A stretch of DNA of 64,000 bases, taken from positions 16,802,001 to 16,866,000 of the forward strand of contig CM059448.1 of NCBI GenBank assembly GCA_030390025.1, given 5' to 3'. The translations under genes were made by a program, and so were the position numbers. Each line of letters starts with the position of its first letter. Within the stretch, counting starts at the first letter, position 1. The stretch comes from Squalus acanthias (lineage: Eukaryota). Positions 27,181 to 40,221 of this stretch are shown here, one piece after another. The notes under the pieces were generated by a model. It saw only the letters and a list, made by a program, of their open reading frames with translations. It was not told the DNA's origin and searched no databases.

Positions 27181-29396
27181 AAAAAGATTACATTTTTAAA
27201 AAGGCTAACTTGTACACTTTACCAACCGTAGTGACTTTCTCTTATCAGTCTTTCACAAAAGGTTATGCTGAGATCCATATGTCTTTAATTGGTCCTTACA
27301 ATAACTTTGCAACCTTAGTATTTTCTGAACTTTTATTCTTTGTATAAAAATAGTCTGGACATAACCATGCGAGAGGCTTTTGCTTTGATGTAAGGAAAGG
27401 CACATAGTTAGTAACGTGATATTTTATAGACCTTCATTTCTCAAAGGCTTACTTATCTAACAAAATACAAAAGCAAATAGATCTGCAGTCAAAAGCAAAA
27501 TTCTTTTTTATTAAAAATAACACTTCACATCAAAACCTACCAAGAGTTTGAAAAGAGGCAGACCACCTTTTGTTTGAGCATCCATAAATATTGCTTTCAT
27601 ATATTTTCAACAAATATTGGCTTTGGTTTTTCTGCTTCTTTTGAAAACTGGAAAACTAGTATTTTTGTAACATCTTTGTAATATACCATACAGATTTGTG
27701 ACACTGATAATTTATTGGATGGTTACCAAAAGTAAAGCCGCATATTAAAAAGCCCCATCCCCCTGTGCCACAACTCCAGGTCCATTTCTTTTCCTCCTCT
27801 AGTTCAATCTTTGATTTTCCTGCTTTACCTTTCACTTCCTAAACATAGCAGCTTTTGAGGGTTACAGTTCCATGGTTGCCAACAGGGCTCTCGCACCATG
27901 CTCAGGTGTCCATTCTTTGTCCATGAGTCTGGACAGTAAGTTTTAGTGGGATGTGCATCTGAGGGGGCTGTTGCAACTAAGCTTAATCCTATCTGCACAT
28001 GTGCACTTTCACGAGATAACGATTAGGAGAGGAAATCTTGATTCCTGCCCCTGGCCCAGAGATGTGAAGACAAATTATGGTCCTCCCTCTACTCCAGGTT
28101 GAAATATTTTAATTCTGCTCAGACCAGGAATTGAACTAGGGACCACCTGAATCCGTACGAGCCAATTCCATAGTGCATTTAGGCACTGGGCAATCAGTGG
28201 GGCACTCAGTATTCCTTTAATCCATCTTAGTCACTTTCAGACGTGAAAGGGTGTAGATATATACAGTTAGAACAAATCAGAAATGTCTACAATAAAATGG
28301 CCATGGTTAAATGTGAACTCATTTTGTGCGTTTACATCTTAAAACTGAGGAAAAGCTTCTTTATAAATGTTAAATGAGAATTTTAAAAGCTTTGCTAATG
28401 TATTAAGGACTAGAGTATTAGTGTATTGAAGTATCATTATTGGAGGGAACGAAAATAGCTGGCCTCATCACAATAGTTTCTGGTTACTGCTCCCAAAGAA
28501 CCACTAAAACACAGTATGCATACAGTGGCCTATCAGCTATACTGGTGGAGTACTGATCTCTTCATCAGAGGCATTGGTTGAAATCACAGACTTAAGTGAG
28601 GTTTAAACTTTACTATCATCAATGGGCAGGTTTCCATTAGCTCTGTGCTAGGTTACTTGTTAATGGACAAAGTGCTTATTTGAGGGCCTGGGAAATAATA
28701 GCCCTGCCTTGCCAAAGCACTCTTTGGTTGCCGCCCATGCAGGGAAGCTTAGACCTAACTCTCGATTGGTTGTAAGAGGCTGCTGGCAGTGGGTGCTCAA
28801 ATTGAAGGGTAAGGTATAAATTTGCAATTGTTTTTCACACCAATTTGTTACTGGACCATTAACATTCCCATTAAATGTAAAAAAAAAAAATTCATTTTGG
28901 AACTTTTTAAAAATCAACTTTTGTTTCTTTTCCTTTCTTGCGCCCCCCCCCCCCACCACCACCTGACCCCCAACCACTCTGGAAAAATATCTAGACTGAG
29001 CCTGCAGGTTAAACTTGCACTGCTTGCTGCGTAATGGAGCGGAAAGTGGCCAATTATGAATTGGGAAGCACTTGGCGTGCATTTCTGTGGTTTCCGGTTC
29101 AGGTCACAGCAAAGACAGGTATTCCAATTTGATTGCAAATGTGCCTTGCTGGGCCACTAATTTGTGTCTGGTATCCTGCGTCACCTGTAGCAAGCCATGG
29201 ATGGAAGATTCCTGCTACCTTTTATCCTGGCTATAGAATTGTGATGGAATCCCTACTTCCGTCTGCTTGCTGTCTTGCAGAGTTTGTGGTGTTGGAGCAA
29301 AAAAAGTTGAAAGAAATCTAACCATGGGAGTAGAAGTAGGCACGTAAATCAAAACCAATCTTTGCTGCAGATAATGACACAAACTGTATTATGCAG

Positions 29397-29517
29397 GTAC
29401 CAGTAAAAGGAGAAGAAAAGAGGAAACAACAGGGAAGAATGTGAAGAGGGCACAGCATGAACTAGACCACAATGGCCTAGTCCCATTGCCTGTCAAAGTT
29501 TGCTTCACTTGTAACAG
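29397..29517 (+). CDS. PHF12: PHF12 exon 5: basic KRRRK stretch and start of PHD2
   Basis: atgcag|GT ACC AGT AAA...AAC AG|gtgggg; 121 nt; (G)[39 protein letters not shown](R). Confidence 0.95.
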
Positions 29518-29922
29518 GTGGGGATTTAATTTCTACATTTTTCTTCTTGCATATAAACAGCTGAATCCCTAGATACAAAAATGAACGTGTGAGCAAAGTG
29601 GGCTGCAAAAAATCTTTCTGCAGTTTTGAGCACTCAAACCTGACTTGTTCAACCTTGATGTCAGTAATGTGCTAGATAATTTAAAGTTGTGTGCAAATTT
29701 GCTAAGATCCTTTGTGAACTGTAACTTATTTAGTTGTGTATCTGCATGACGACAGCCCACCTGTTGAAGAATCTGTCTGTATACTCAGTAATTCTCAGGA
29801 AACTGTATGCAGCTGGCAAACTGTAAATGGTTGACTGTGGTCTTTTACGATGCTGGGCAGATGCAGTTTTTTTTTCTTTTGTTCCATTTCTTCCCCAGCT
29901 CTTCCCCCCACCCCCTCCCCCC

Positions 29923-29947
29923 CACACACACACACACACACACACAC
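29923..29947. repeat. (CA)n microsatellite
   Basis: About 12 CA units after a C-rich tract. Confidence 0.9.
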
Positions 29948-31559
29948 CCTGACCTGGAAGGATGGAAAGGCAACTTATTCTGCTTTGCTTTATGTCTGCT
30001 CGAAGATACATATGAGCAGCCAGAGGTGATTCAACTGAATGCTTTATATATTTTTTAAAATCTCTGGCATGGGATGCCTGGCCTCCACACAGTATCTGTC
30101 TTCAGAATTGCAGGTTTGAAACTGCAGCCCCCACTTTGTGCTCAAGGTAAACCAACATGCTGCACCATTGAGCCACTAAACTACTGTATTTCAATGACTG
30201 CTAGGTGCTAATTTTACATATTATTAAAAAAAAATCTACTGGATGTTCCAAATGTGGATAAATAAGTAAATTATATTGCATTGAACAAAATGAAGACTTT
30301 TTACTGTGACTGTTTTTGAAATGGTAAACATAAATGCTGTATTTTGACTAATGATTTAAGTGAAGGAATTGTAATTTTCTTTCAGTGGCCATTGACATCG
30401 TGCCTCAATACCCTGTATCTTCTAAAAGCTTTCTCCCATTTAAAAAAAAAACTTGATATGTGACTTCTTTGCTTCAAATACCAGGTTCCCATTTTGAAAA
30501 TGGGTATGCTAGGAAATACAGTTCAATAAATGCTAAGCAATCATCGCAATAATGTAATCATTGGAGCACAATTAAAGAATGATTTAATCTGGGTCTGATT
30601 ACACTTCCAGCCCTGTCCACGAGATAACTCCCTGATCTGTTCTGGTTTAAACTGTGACACTCCAAAAGGCCAAAAATTGATCTCGCTGCATCTGTGGCAT
30701 GACCATTTGATTTTTTACAGGCAATATCCTCAATTAGCTGAAAAACTAGCCTTTGGGCTGGCTTCAACCAGTCTGCTCAGTTCTTTTGAAGAGATCCACC
30801 TCTCAAATTAATTTAGAGGCTCTGGAAATGTATCAAAAATAAGTGCAAACTTTCTATTGGGAGTAAAAAAATTGAATAGGGTGCATATTTTTTTCCAAAA
30901 AGGAAGAATGGGGAAAAGGAAAGATTGGGCAAACAAAAGTTTTTTTTAAAGTTTAGTTTTTAAATTGTCTTTAGCATATGGTTAATACATCTTTAATAGA
31001 GAGATAATATTACAGGAAAAGCTACTTTGGTCGTCCAGAATTATTTCGTTGTCACAGTGCACTGGACCAGGGAAGCTGGAATTCTCTAGAGTTCCTATCA
31101 ATCAGAGTTTCTTTAAAAAAAAATATTATTTTCTTTGCCTGAATTTCACAAGCTTTTAAGTATGTCACTAAACTTGATTAAAGTCAAGTCAAATGACATA
31201 CTTAAAAGTTAAACTGTCTTGAACAGCGCTCCATCTATGAATATGTGCTAGTGAACTTTGACTGTCTAAACTCAGAATCCCTAATCCGTTGTCACAAAAT
31301 CTGATCCATAACTCAATTCTTATATTTAACACTCTTTGACCCCCACCTCTGCTTGTTCTGTTCGTCTGCAGATTCTCTTTAAACACTGGCCTGTCACTTG
31401 AGTAACTCAAAAGCTGTTTTTTTTCCAACAAACTGCATTGTGCTGTTAATAGCCAGTATGTACATCACAAGTTTTATATAGGGTTGTAAGTCGTGCTTCC
31501 AGGTGCTCAAGTAACTTAAACATTTTTTTTAGGATGGTGTGATTTTCCTTCTGAAAATC

Positions 31560-31955
31560 AATAAAATGTATCTGGAGCCCTTTGCCTAGTGACCACAGCT
31601 TCACTGACCCAAGCGCACCAAATTTAAAATTCTTATTATTGTGTTTAAATCACTATCTCTGTAACCACCTCCAATCTTACAACCCTGCCCCCTGAATACC
31701 CCATTCCTCTGACTCCAGCCACGAATGCATCAACTCATCTTCGTCCCACCATTGTTCCTTCAGCTGCCTTGGTCCCACTCTCTGGAATTCCTTTCCTAAG
31801 CCTCTCCTCTTAAAATCTACCTCTTTGTCAAAGCTTTTGATCAACCCTACTAATCGCTCCTCCCTTGGCTTGATGTCCATTTTCCTCACTGATCTGTGGA
31901 GTGCCTTTTGGATGTTTTTCTACATTAAAATCAATATAAATGCAAGTTATTGTTA
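31560..31955 (+). mobile_element. Old L2 3' fragment
   Basis: Homologous to 46200-46647; tail atataaatgcaagttattgtt. Confidence 0.75.
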
Positions 31956-32078
31956 CAGGGTACAATCTAGCCCACTCTGTCAGAACATTTACCTTGTGAG
32001 AACAGGCAAAAACAGAACCGTATGATGGAAATATGAAATTAGAAGAAACTGTCTGAAAATGCACAGCAAGCCAAATCG

Positions 32079-32168
32079 CATCTGAAAAGGAAAAGACAGA
32101 ATAACGATTGCGGTTGGGATTTTCTGTCGCAGCCTGAAGCGTTAATCTGTTTTATTCCTTTTCAGATG
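32079..32168. repeat. Inverted repeat within a decayed Penelope-like hairpin element
   Basis: catctgaaaaggaa / ttccttttcagatg, perfect 14-bp stem with further pairing inside. Confidence 0.7.
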
Positions 32169-33146
32169 TTAATGCACCTGTTAATTCCATCATATAGTGT
32201 ACTGTTAACATGCAAGAACCCTTTACTTCACCTGCTGTTAGCACATCTTTATAAAATAAATAAAAATGGGAAATGCACAGCCGGTCACTTAGCTTCTGTC
32301 AAGAGAAAAGACAAGTTATGATATTTTAGATGTGTTACTCCTTCATCAAGCATTTGTGTTTTTTTTTAATTTGAGAACCTTGTAGACTTATAGACTTAAA
32401 GAAATTGTCTTTGTAGCGACAAAATGCCATTACTTTAATAGACCACAGTTTTCATGGTCTAGCAATACTGAAGTGCATCTTTCTATATCTTATATTGGGC
32501 AATTTTAAGTCCTTTTTTGAGCTCTATAGCAGTGCATACACTTTCTTTTAGCTCTTTTTAAATTAGATCAACACATTTTATATTCTATCCCTTGTCCGTA
32601 CCCTTTATATAGTATGCAGTATGGTCTTTTTAGTAAATGTGCTTTAGCACTGTAATGTTTCAACGCCTTTCTTTAGATTATTAATAAATAATGTTTGTTT
32701 AAACTGCGTTTTGGCTTTTTTTAATTGAAGAGCAAAATGACTTTGGATAACAATGGTGTCTTGTAAGAATCAAGAGAACATGGAGAATAGGAGAATAGTA
32801 TTGTTGTGATAAAGATTCTCTGTATATAAACTTGACTACGTACATTCAGGACTGCCTAGAATAACTATTAGAAATTACTTTGACTGCCAGGCACCTACAC
32901 TTTAACGTATTATACGTTATTTATAATTGTAGTCGAAGGGATCCTCAATGGAACCTGGAAAATGTTTTTCATTGACAGTTAACAGCAGCCAATGTGATCC
33001 ACATGTCCCTCCCAAACAGTGATATGACTATAGTTTAATTCTGGACAAAAGCTGAAAGGTCTGTCTTGTCAGACTGAAAATGAGCCAGCTACACCGGTGG
33101 CCAACTCTGGGTAACCAAGGTTTTCCACTGAAATTCCCCTGGTAGA

Positions 33147-33167
33147 TGGTGTGTGTGTGTGTGTGTG
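33147..33167. repeat. (GT)n microsatellite
   Basis: About 10 GT units. Confidence 0.9.
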
Positions 33168-34169
33168 AGACTTCCTGGACTCTGTGAAGGAACTTATTAA
33201 TTGCATATTTCTAAGGCAGTAAAGGGACTAAAAATAACCTGGAACACACAGGAGTATGTACTTGCCCATTAAGTTGCCTTCTCCTTTAACCTCGCATTTA
33301 AGTTTATACTGGATTTGGTTTCATAGCTGTGCAGTGTGGAAGAAATGAGCACATACAGTACTGTAAATGAAAGTCCAGCCTAACCATTTCATCAGCCAGA
33401 AATTCAAAACATGTTCCCTGTTTTTCTGTAAATATAATAGGCCAGTGAAGAGTTTAGGAAAAGTTTCATCTTTTGAAAGTAAAACATCTGAATTTTAAAA
33501 ACACAGCAATTTGAGATTTTGAAGGGTTTTGTAACAAGAATTGTAGCACTTTATAATTTGCTGTCTGTGGATTGGAATATTGCAAGGCAGTAAACTAATG
33601 GAAGTGTGTTAATAAATCACAGCAACTGTTTGGCTAGATCATTCACACTCCAATTATGATACAATAGTCTACTGCTTTGCTTTAAAAAAAAATGTTGAAT
33701 TAACCAGTAATTCAAATAAAACAGTAAAGAGCAATTTCTGCTTTATTTCAATTCAAGTTAATAGATAATTTGAATTAAGCAGCTTTTAACTGAAGAGCAG
33801 ACTGTACTTGTGACTCATGCCAGAGCAACTGTTATTTTGTTTAATATATGGTACCTCTGAGATTTTGTAGTGGAGGGTTTTGATGCTGTTGTGCTACCAT
33901 TGCCTGCTGTAGGTGATGTTTGGATTTACAAGACAGAATGAGGGATATTGGGGCAGTAACAATTAGGAAAAGTAGGGTTTTTTTTTTGTTTCTCAGAGCA
34001 GATCTGCCATTGGGACTTCTTAGGCAAAATCTCGCCATGTAGAAATTTGTAGTATGATCGTGCTTCACCAAATGACTTTGATCAGAGTCCTTGAGTAGAT
34101 CTTGCCAAGTGCAGAAACTCCAATGATGTAGGAATATTTTTGTCACTGCATTACCAGAAATGTACAGGC

Positions 34170-34560
34170 TCCTCTAAAGTTTCAGTGAGTAAATGCAAGA
34201 CCAGGTGAGGTAAAGAGCAAACAGGAAGTTCCCAGTTTTAATTCCCAATTTGTATTAATTTCTGTAGTCTCAGAAATATAATATATACAGTTGGTATGAG
34301 AGCTTTTTAGGCAAGAGACTGGAAAAATCAGCCCCAGTTTTCATTCCTGATTGCAATCCAATAAGTTGTTTCTGGGAAGTGCGTATATGTGGTAAGCCGA
34401 GGGTTGGGCTCGTGTATGACATCACAGCCAAATAACCCTTCTACGCTCGCTGCCTGTGGTCACACAAAAACAATGGCCACTTGGGAAGGTACTGTAGGCC
34501 CTCTGATGTTCGTGAACCATACCCCAACATAAGTTTACAGCTTTAGGAGACGAAAGGGAG
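34170..34560 (+). mobile_element. Old SINE copy (same family as 21395 and 26910), near full length
   Basis: Head tcagtgagtaaatgca, body ggaaaaatcagcc...cctgattgc, and aatggccacttgggaaggtac. Confidence 0.6.
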
Positions 34561-36539
34561 CAGATTTTCTGTGTGAACACTCCCGGCATGGAGCCTCACC
34601 TGCCGGGAATGTATCATGGGAAATTTGGGCTGTGCAAATGCAAATTTCCTGATGTGTGCACTTGGTGGGTTAGGCTGCGCATCTACTGCATGTAAGTGTA
34701 AAATATATCCATTTTTAAATATTTTTCTTTAATCTGTAAGAGATGACTAAGTAGTGCAGTTGCTAACCTTTGACCCAGGCACAAACCTCTGAGTAATAAT
34801 TTCTTTTGAGGCATGGAATTTGAAAACAAATTGCACATGTCCCAGTATATTATGATAGATACGACGCATTATAATCAATAGCAAGTGGATTAAAAGACCC
34901 TATAGAGAGATCTCCTCCTGGACAGAGCATATTGAATGTTGTAAGTACTTCTCTGATGTATTAAATAAGTGTTTTTCATTCTAATCAATTAGTTTTAATT
35001 TTTAATGATAACACCACATTAGTTGAAATTCACCAAGATTTACGTTAAACTTGATAGTTGTCATCTCGACTGGGTTAATGTATGCATTTGCCATGCTCCA
35101 AATCTGAAAAAAGAAACTAGTTTGCTCAAGCAAAGTATAGTATTTCAAAAACTAGGCAAATCCAGTCCTTCCTATCATGAGTTCCTCGTCAGTATCAGTC
35201 TGTGTATCCTTTCATTCTTGGTAACTATTCTGTGGTGAAAGAGGAAAATATTTTGGTTATCTTGCAGCAAATTTGACATGCCCTTTTGGCTTCCTAATAT
35301 TACACCGGTCAGGTCGCATAACACTTTCATGCATGCAGACATATTTATCTGAATTATGCAAGACTGGTTCTTGCTGAACTTAAGGATCTTCCCCAGACAG
35401 CGTATTTTTTAAAAATTAAAAGATATAAACTCGCATTAGTACTCTGCTTGACTGTTGACTCGTCCTCCCATATATCTCTGCTGAATTGGCATCAAGCCCA
35501 AAGTGCTCAAACACTTAGCATTGTACAAAACATGCAATTAAAAATAATGTGGGAACTTTGGGATCCTAACTTTTTTTGTCCTCACATGCTTGGGGGATAC
35601 CGAGGGCAGTTTTAGTGCCCTTCCAGCTGCCCGAGCTGAGATCACAGTAGTAAAGAGTCAATGTGAGAAAATAGTACGAGTAAAAATTGGAAGTGCGCAC
35701 ACTAACATTTGAGCTTCAAGAAAATACTATTGCAAAACTTTGCATTTAGGCTCTTTTGTACATTACAGATAAGGAAATGTGAAACTTCTGGTGATGCTTT
35801 TAAATAATTTTTCATATCCGCAATAAATTTCAGCGCAGGATTTTTGAGTATTTGTTCACTTTGTCTTTTATTTTGAATACCTTATTCCTCTTACTAATAA
35901 TAAAGTGCTTTGCACTATTAATTTTCTCTTTGAGTTGTTACATTGAGAATTTAATGTTCCTGAGATTTTAATTTGACTTCTGAAGTAGCTTCATTTGTAT
36001 ATTTTTAAATCGTACAGGGAGCAATTTTGGTCAGAATCAGTATGCTTTAGTTCTTTTTCTGCATTCAGAAAACCGAGGTGGCTTTGCCAGTTTCACGCAG
36101 AACAACAGGTCATCCTCTCAAAGCTTTATTAAATTTGTACAGTTTTTAAAATTATTTTCGCCTCTTCCCAGTGAATTGTCCATCTCCTCTTACTCCCCCC
36201 GCCCCCCCCCCCCCCCCCTGAATTAAACCACTAGAAAGTGCTTGTGGTGTTATTTCTAAGGTGTTTTGTTTCCTACTTTTCCGTTTGGTCCAGCATCTCA
36301 TCCTCCGGAGAGATTGGCTTGCCAACCCAGGTCTCTAGATATAGTGTTGTGCACCATTTTTATTGAAGTTTTGCTCATTTAACAAATGTCCATGCTCTCT
36401 CAGTAAATGCATTAAATTGCTACGATAGAAAGCTCTGAAATGAAACACATCCAGTTTTTGCTTAGACGCCACACAAGTGTCACTAACATTTGCATTTCCC
36501 CATTTTTCCTTTCGATGGTATCCACATGGGATGAGTAAG

Positions 36540-37265
36540 CTTAGCTGAGTTGGTGGCACTCTTGCCTCTGGATCAGAAAGTTGTCGGTTTGAGCCACTAC
36601 TCCAGGACGTGGACACACAATCTAGGTTTATATTTCAGTACAGTACTTGGAGGAGCACTGTATGTCAAATAGCATCTCTGACTGCTGTTTGCTTGAATAT
36701 TTAGTTCCCTTTTTCTTATCTGGGTGTCTCTTCCCAAATAAAATGAAAAACATTAAGTGGAGACCCTATCTGCCTGTTAGATTGGCTCAGATGGATGTTC
36801 AAGTTCTCATAGGATTATTTGAAGAAGAATGGGGAGTTCTCCTGCTGCCCTGGACAATATTTCTCCCTTAACCAGCACTACCAAAAAGCTGATTCATTTG
36901 TCATTCACCTTATTGCTGTTTGTGGGATCTTGTGTGCAAAATAGTTTTCATATTTGCCTGCATAACAGTAATTTCAAAGTATGCGCTCTCGGGTGGATGT
37001 AAAAGTTCCCATGGCACTATTTCTTGAAGAGCCAGGGGAGTTATCCCGGTATCCTGGCCAATATTTATCACTCTGCTATCATCGCTAAAACAGATTATTT
37101 GGTCATTATCACATTGCTGTTTGTGGGAGCTTGCTGTGTGCAAATTGGCTGCCGTATTTTTTACATTACAGCAGTGACTCCACTTCAAAAGTACTTTATT
37201 GGCTGTAAAGCGCTTTGAGACGTCCGGTGGTCGTGAAAGGAGCTATATAAATGCAAGGCTTTCTT
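36540..37265 (+). mobile_element. Two tandem Deu-domain SINE copies (older 36540-36980, younger 5'-truncated 36983-37265)
   Basis: Repeated core ggatgt...gaagag...ggggagtt...attgctgtttgtggga; L2-type tail gctatataaatgcaag. Confidence 0.8.
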
Positions 37266-38559
37266 TCATGCAACTGACAGTAGACACAGTGACTTTAATG
37301 CCTTTGGACTACTAGCAAAATCTGTTGATGCTTTTTAGATCGAGATAACAATGGTCCAATGTCTGAAATAGACCGAATCTGATAGTAACTGAAGCTACCA
37401 AATGCAAGAAACATAAATTGGACCACAAATCTTTCAATTTCCATTTGCCATCCCACAACTGAGAACATGCAGAAGTTGCCCAAAAAACTGAAACAATTTA
37501 CCTTTTAGGTTTGATGTATCTCTGCAGACTGCATCGGATCAATACGCAAGCAGTCAGCATCTTGAAGAATCGTGCCCAGTTCATCTAACGTGGTATTTAG
37601 ACTGTGGCTTAATGAGACATTTGTGCTTTTTAGCAGTGCAACTTCAGTGATCCATATTCCTGCTGCTGCAGCTCTGACTGTTCTGCTGACTGCTGTTTAA
37701 TGTAATTATCAAGCAATATCTTGAGGAACAAGATACTAACCTGCCTCAGAAGTATTTCCTCTGAACCAAACCTTTATGCTGTGCTACCATTGAAGTGAAG
37801 TGACCTGCACTGCTCTTAATTCAGCATTTGTTTAAAAGACCAATTTGTTGCTTGCTCATCAGCGGTTTTGGAGGAATTGATCTTGGTGCTCGACCCTTGC
37901 CTGTTGGAACACTAGTAACGGCAGGGCCATCATCTTCAAATCTCTCAACTTGGAGAAGGAAAAAGGTAAGCATTGGCCTTTAAAAGGGCTCCCTTGGCTC
38001 AGCATCTGGTCCAGTCTGCTGAGACATTTGAATTCATCATCATAAACACTACCTCAGTTTTTATTTGGAGTGTGGTTACTGTGGTCAGCCTGTACCAGCA
38101 TAGAAGGGATATAGTTCCCATAATACAGAATCTTGAAAAGTTAAATGGTATTGGATGCAGGCGTTAAGTGGCATACATAATACGGACCGCTTGATGTTTG
38201 TTAAGCAGTAGCACCAAGTCCAATTGCTGCACAATGTTAGGAGTTCTGCAGACTTTGCTTCCTGATCCTACTGCATATGTAGATAGCTGCAGTTCTAGAC
38301 ATAGTGTTATGAATATAAAATGATATGTTCCTTCCAACTCTAAGGTAAAGAAAGTGCTCACCAAGTTCAGATACATGGGATTAACCCCAGGGACAAGATC
38401 TTGGCTTATTGAAAGACTGAATCCATACCATTTCTTTGGTTTGCAATAAGAAAATAAAGGCTGCTGACATCTCTACTGTTAACTCTCCCAGTGACTCCAA
38501 CTGCCTTGACTAGATAGATTAGTAGATTTCCTAAGATCAGTGGGATTCAGTTATACAGA

Positions 38560-38960
38560 TGTTTGGGTGTAGATGGTCTTCTGTAGAACGGTGGCAACAA
38601 CTGGAGTTCGGCTTCAGAGGCTGTTCAACCTCAACAAAAGACATCACCGGGTACCTTGGAGGTATACAAGATATATATAGTATCGACAAAGTAAACCCAG
38701 AATAGGTGCATCAAAGCAGCAGGCCAAGAGGGGACAACTTCAGGGTTAAAAAGAGCAAGTTTAGAACAGCGGACAGAAAATATTTTTTCATAGAGAAGCA
38801 TGATCAACAGCTAAAATGTGATGCCTGGAAGGACATTCGAGACTTGGACAGTTCACGAAACAGCTGAATACTATAACCAGAAGACCGAATCAATATCCTG
38901 GAAAAATGAAATCAAATGCACCAAAGCGTCGTCTTCATCCAAACCCACCTTGTGATCTAT
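38560..38960 (+). mobile_element. Highly decayed CR1 3' fragment
   Basis: gaggtatacaagat...aagagggg(g)aca...agtttagaac pattern of the CR1 ORF2 end. Confidence 0.55.
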
Positions 38961-39496
38961 ACTGTCCGTCTAAAAGAGCTGCTATCAAATTTCAGAGGCA
39001 TTTTGTCATTAGCTTTATGGGGCTTTCTCCATGTATCTAAATAATGCATGGAGGAAAAAAGCGGAAGTGCTCTTTGGGGAGATTCCCCAGAGATCAGATA
39101 CTGGAGCAGAAGAGTTGAGTACTGTTAATTATTCAGGACTTGACAAGTACAGAGAATTTGGTGATACGTATCCTGAACATAGGTGCATATCCTGTGAGTA
39201 AACTTCGAAGAGAGGTGCTATATATTGGAAAGCGGGATATCTTCAGATCCACCTTTTTAAATGTTCTGTACCAGAACTCCACAAGTGCCACACCACTTAC
39301 CGCATAGGAATTCACTTTATTCATTTGCTTATGGGTAAGATTTTGGTCAGGAAAGGACAGCAATCTATGATATTTGTATTAATAAGTCTATCCATGGTAT
39401 CTGGATGATTGTTTCATTTTAATGGAGTACCATATGGAGTCAGATGTTCCTCTTCTTGCTTATAGAAGATCATCTGGGTAAAGCACATTAAAAAAA

Positions 39497-39903
39497 GAAA
39501 ATTGGGCAGGGAAGATCGTATGCCAGTAACACAACCTGCTTGATTTTCTGCCCATTATGGGCTCTGATTTGTTCAACCTCCACTTAGCGCCATAGCGCAC
39601 TGGATTAAATCAACAATTCAGTGACGGTAAGGATTAAAAATATATCCCCAATTGGGGGTGCAATGCGTTGTGTGTCTACCTGAAACCTGAGGGATTTTAC
39701 CATCCAGTGGGTATTGTATATAAATTAAATCATTTACCATAAATGCACCAGAGAAAGTTTCAGTTAACAAATTAGTGGGCAAAAAATTGAGTAGGCTCTG
39801 TTATGAGTGTGCTGTCCTCTCCATCCAATTTTTCTCTGTCCTCTGTGCGCTGCGCCCGGGCGTCCCTCTGTGCCTCACTGCAAGTGGAGCAAAATCTGCC
39901 CCA
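39497..39903. mobile_element. Palindromic MITE interrupted at its centre by a ~209-nt insertion
   Basis: Arm 39497-39557 is a decayed reverse complement of arm 39773-39835; right end gcaaaatctgcccc. Confidence 0.6.
39562..39770 (+). repeat. Direct repeat copy 1 (intron 5)
   Basis: About 16 substitutions and one 2-nt indel versus 40965-41175 by manual alignment. Confidence 0.95.
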
Positions 39904-40088
39904 AGCATTTTCATCATCTCCTACTTTTTGTCTTCCACGTATTCTTTCTCTGTAAATAAAATTGTGTAAGTTGCCAACTAAATTTAAAGGACATGGCATT
40001 GGTGAGGGAAAATCTGTGTCTGCTGCCTGTTGCTTGTTTCTGCTTACAACTAAATGATGACTATAGCAATGTGGTATTTACTTTCTAG

Positions 40089-40221
40089 GAGTTGTAGAGT
40101 GGCGCCCCTTGTCCAGTGTGATTACTGCCCATTATTGTTTCACATGGACTGCCTGGACCCACCTCTTACTGCGATGCCAACAGGGAGATGGATGTGCCCC
40201 AATCACATCGAACACGTGGTG
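40089..40221 (+). CDS. PHF12: PHF12 exon 6: PHD2 core
   Basis: ctttctag|G AGT TGT...GTG GTG|gtaagc; 133 nt; [44 protein letters not shown]. Confidence 0.97.

Noticed and set aside
28660-29138. 140-aa and overlapping ORFs
   Set aside because: Low-complexity translation of homopolymer tracts inside a MITE-like element.
32045-32365. Hammerhead ribozyme in the Penelope-like hairpin repeats
   Set aside because: No intact CUGANGA...GAAA core with the required stems in these decayed copies.
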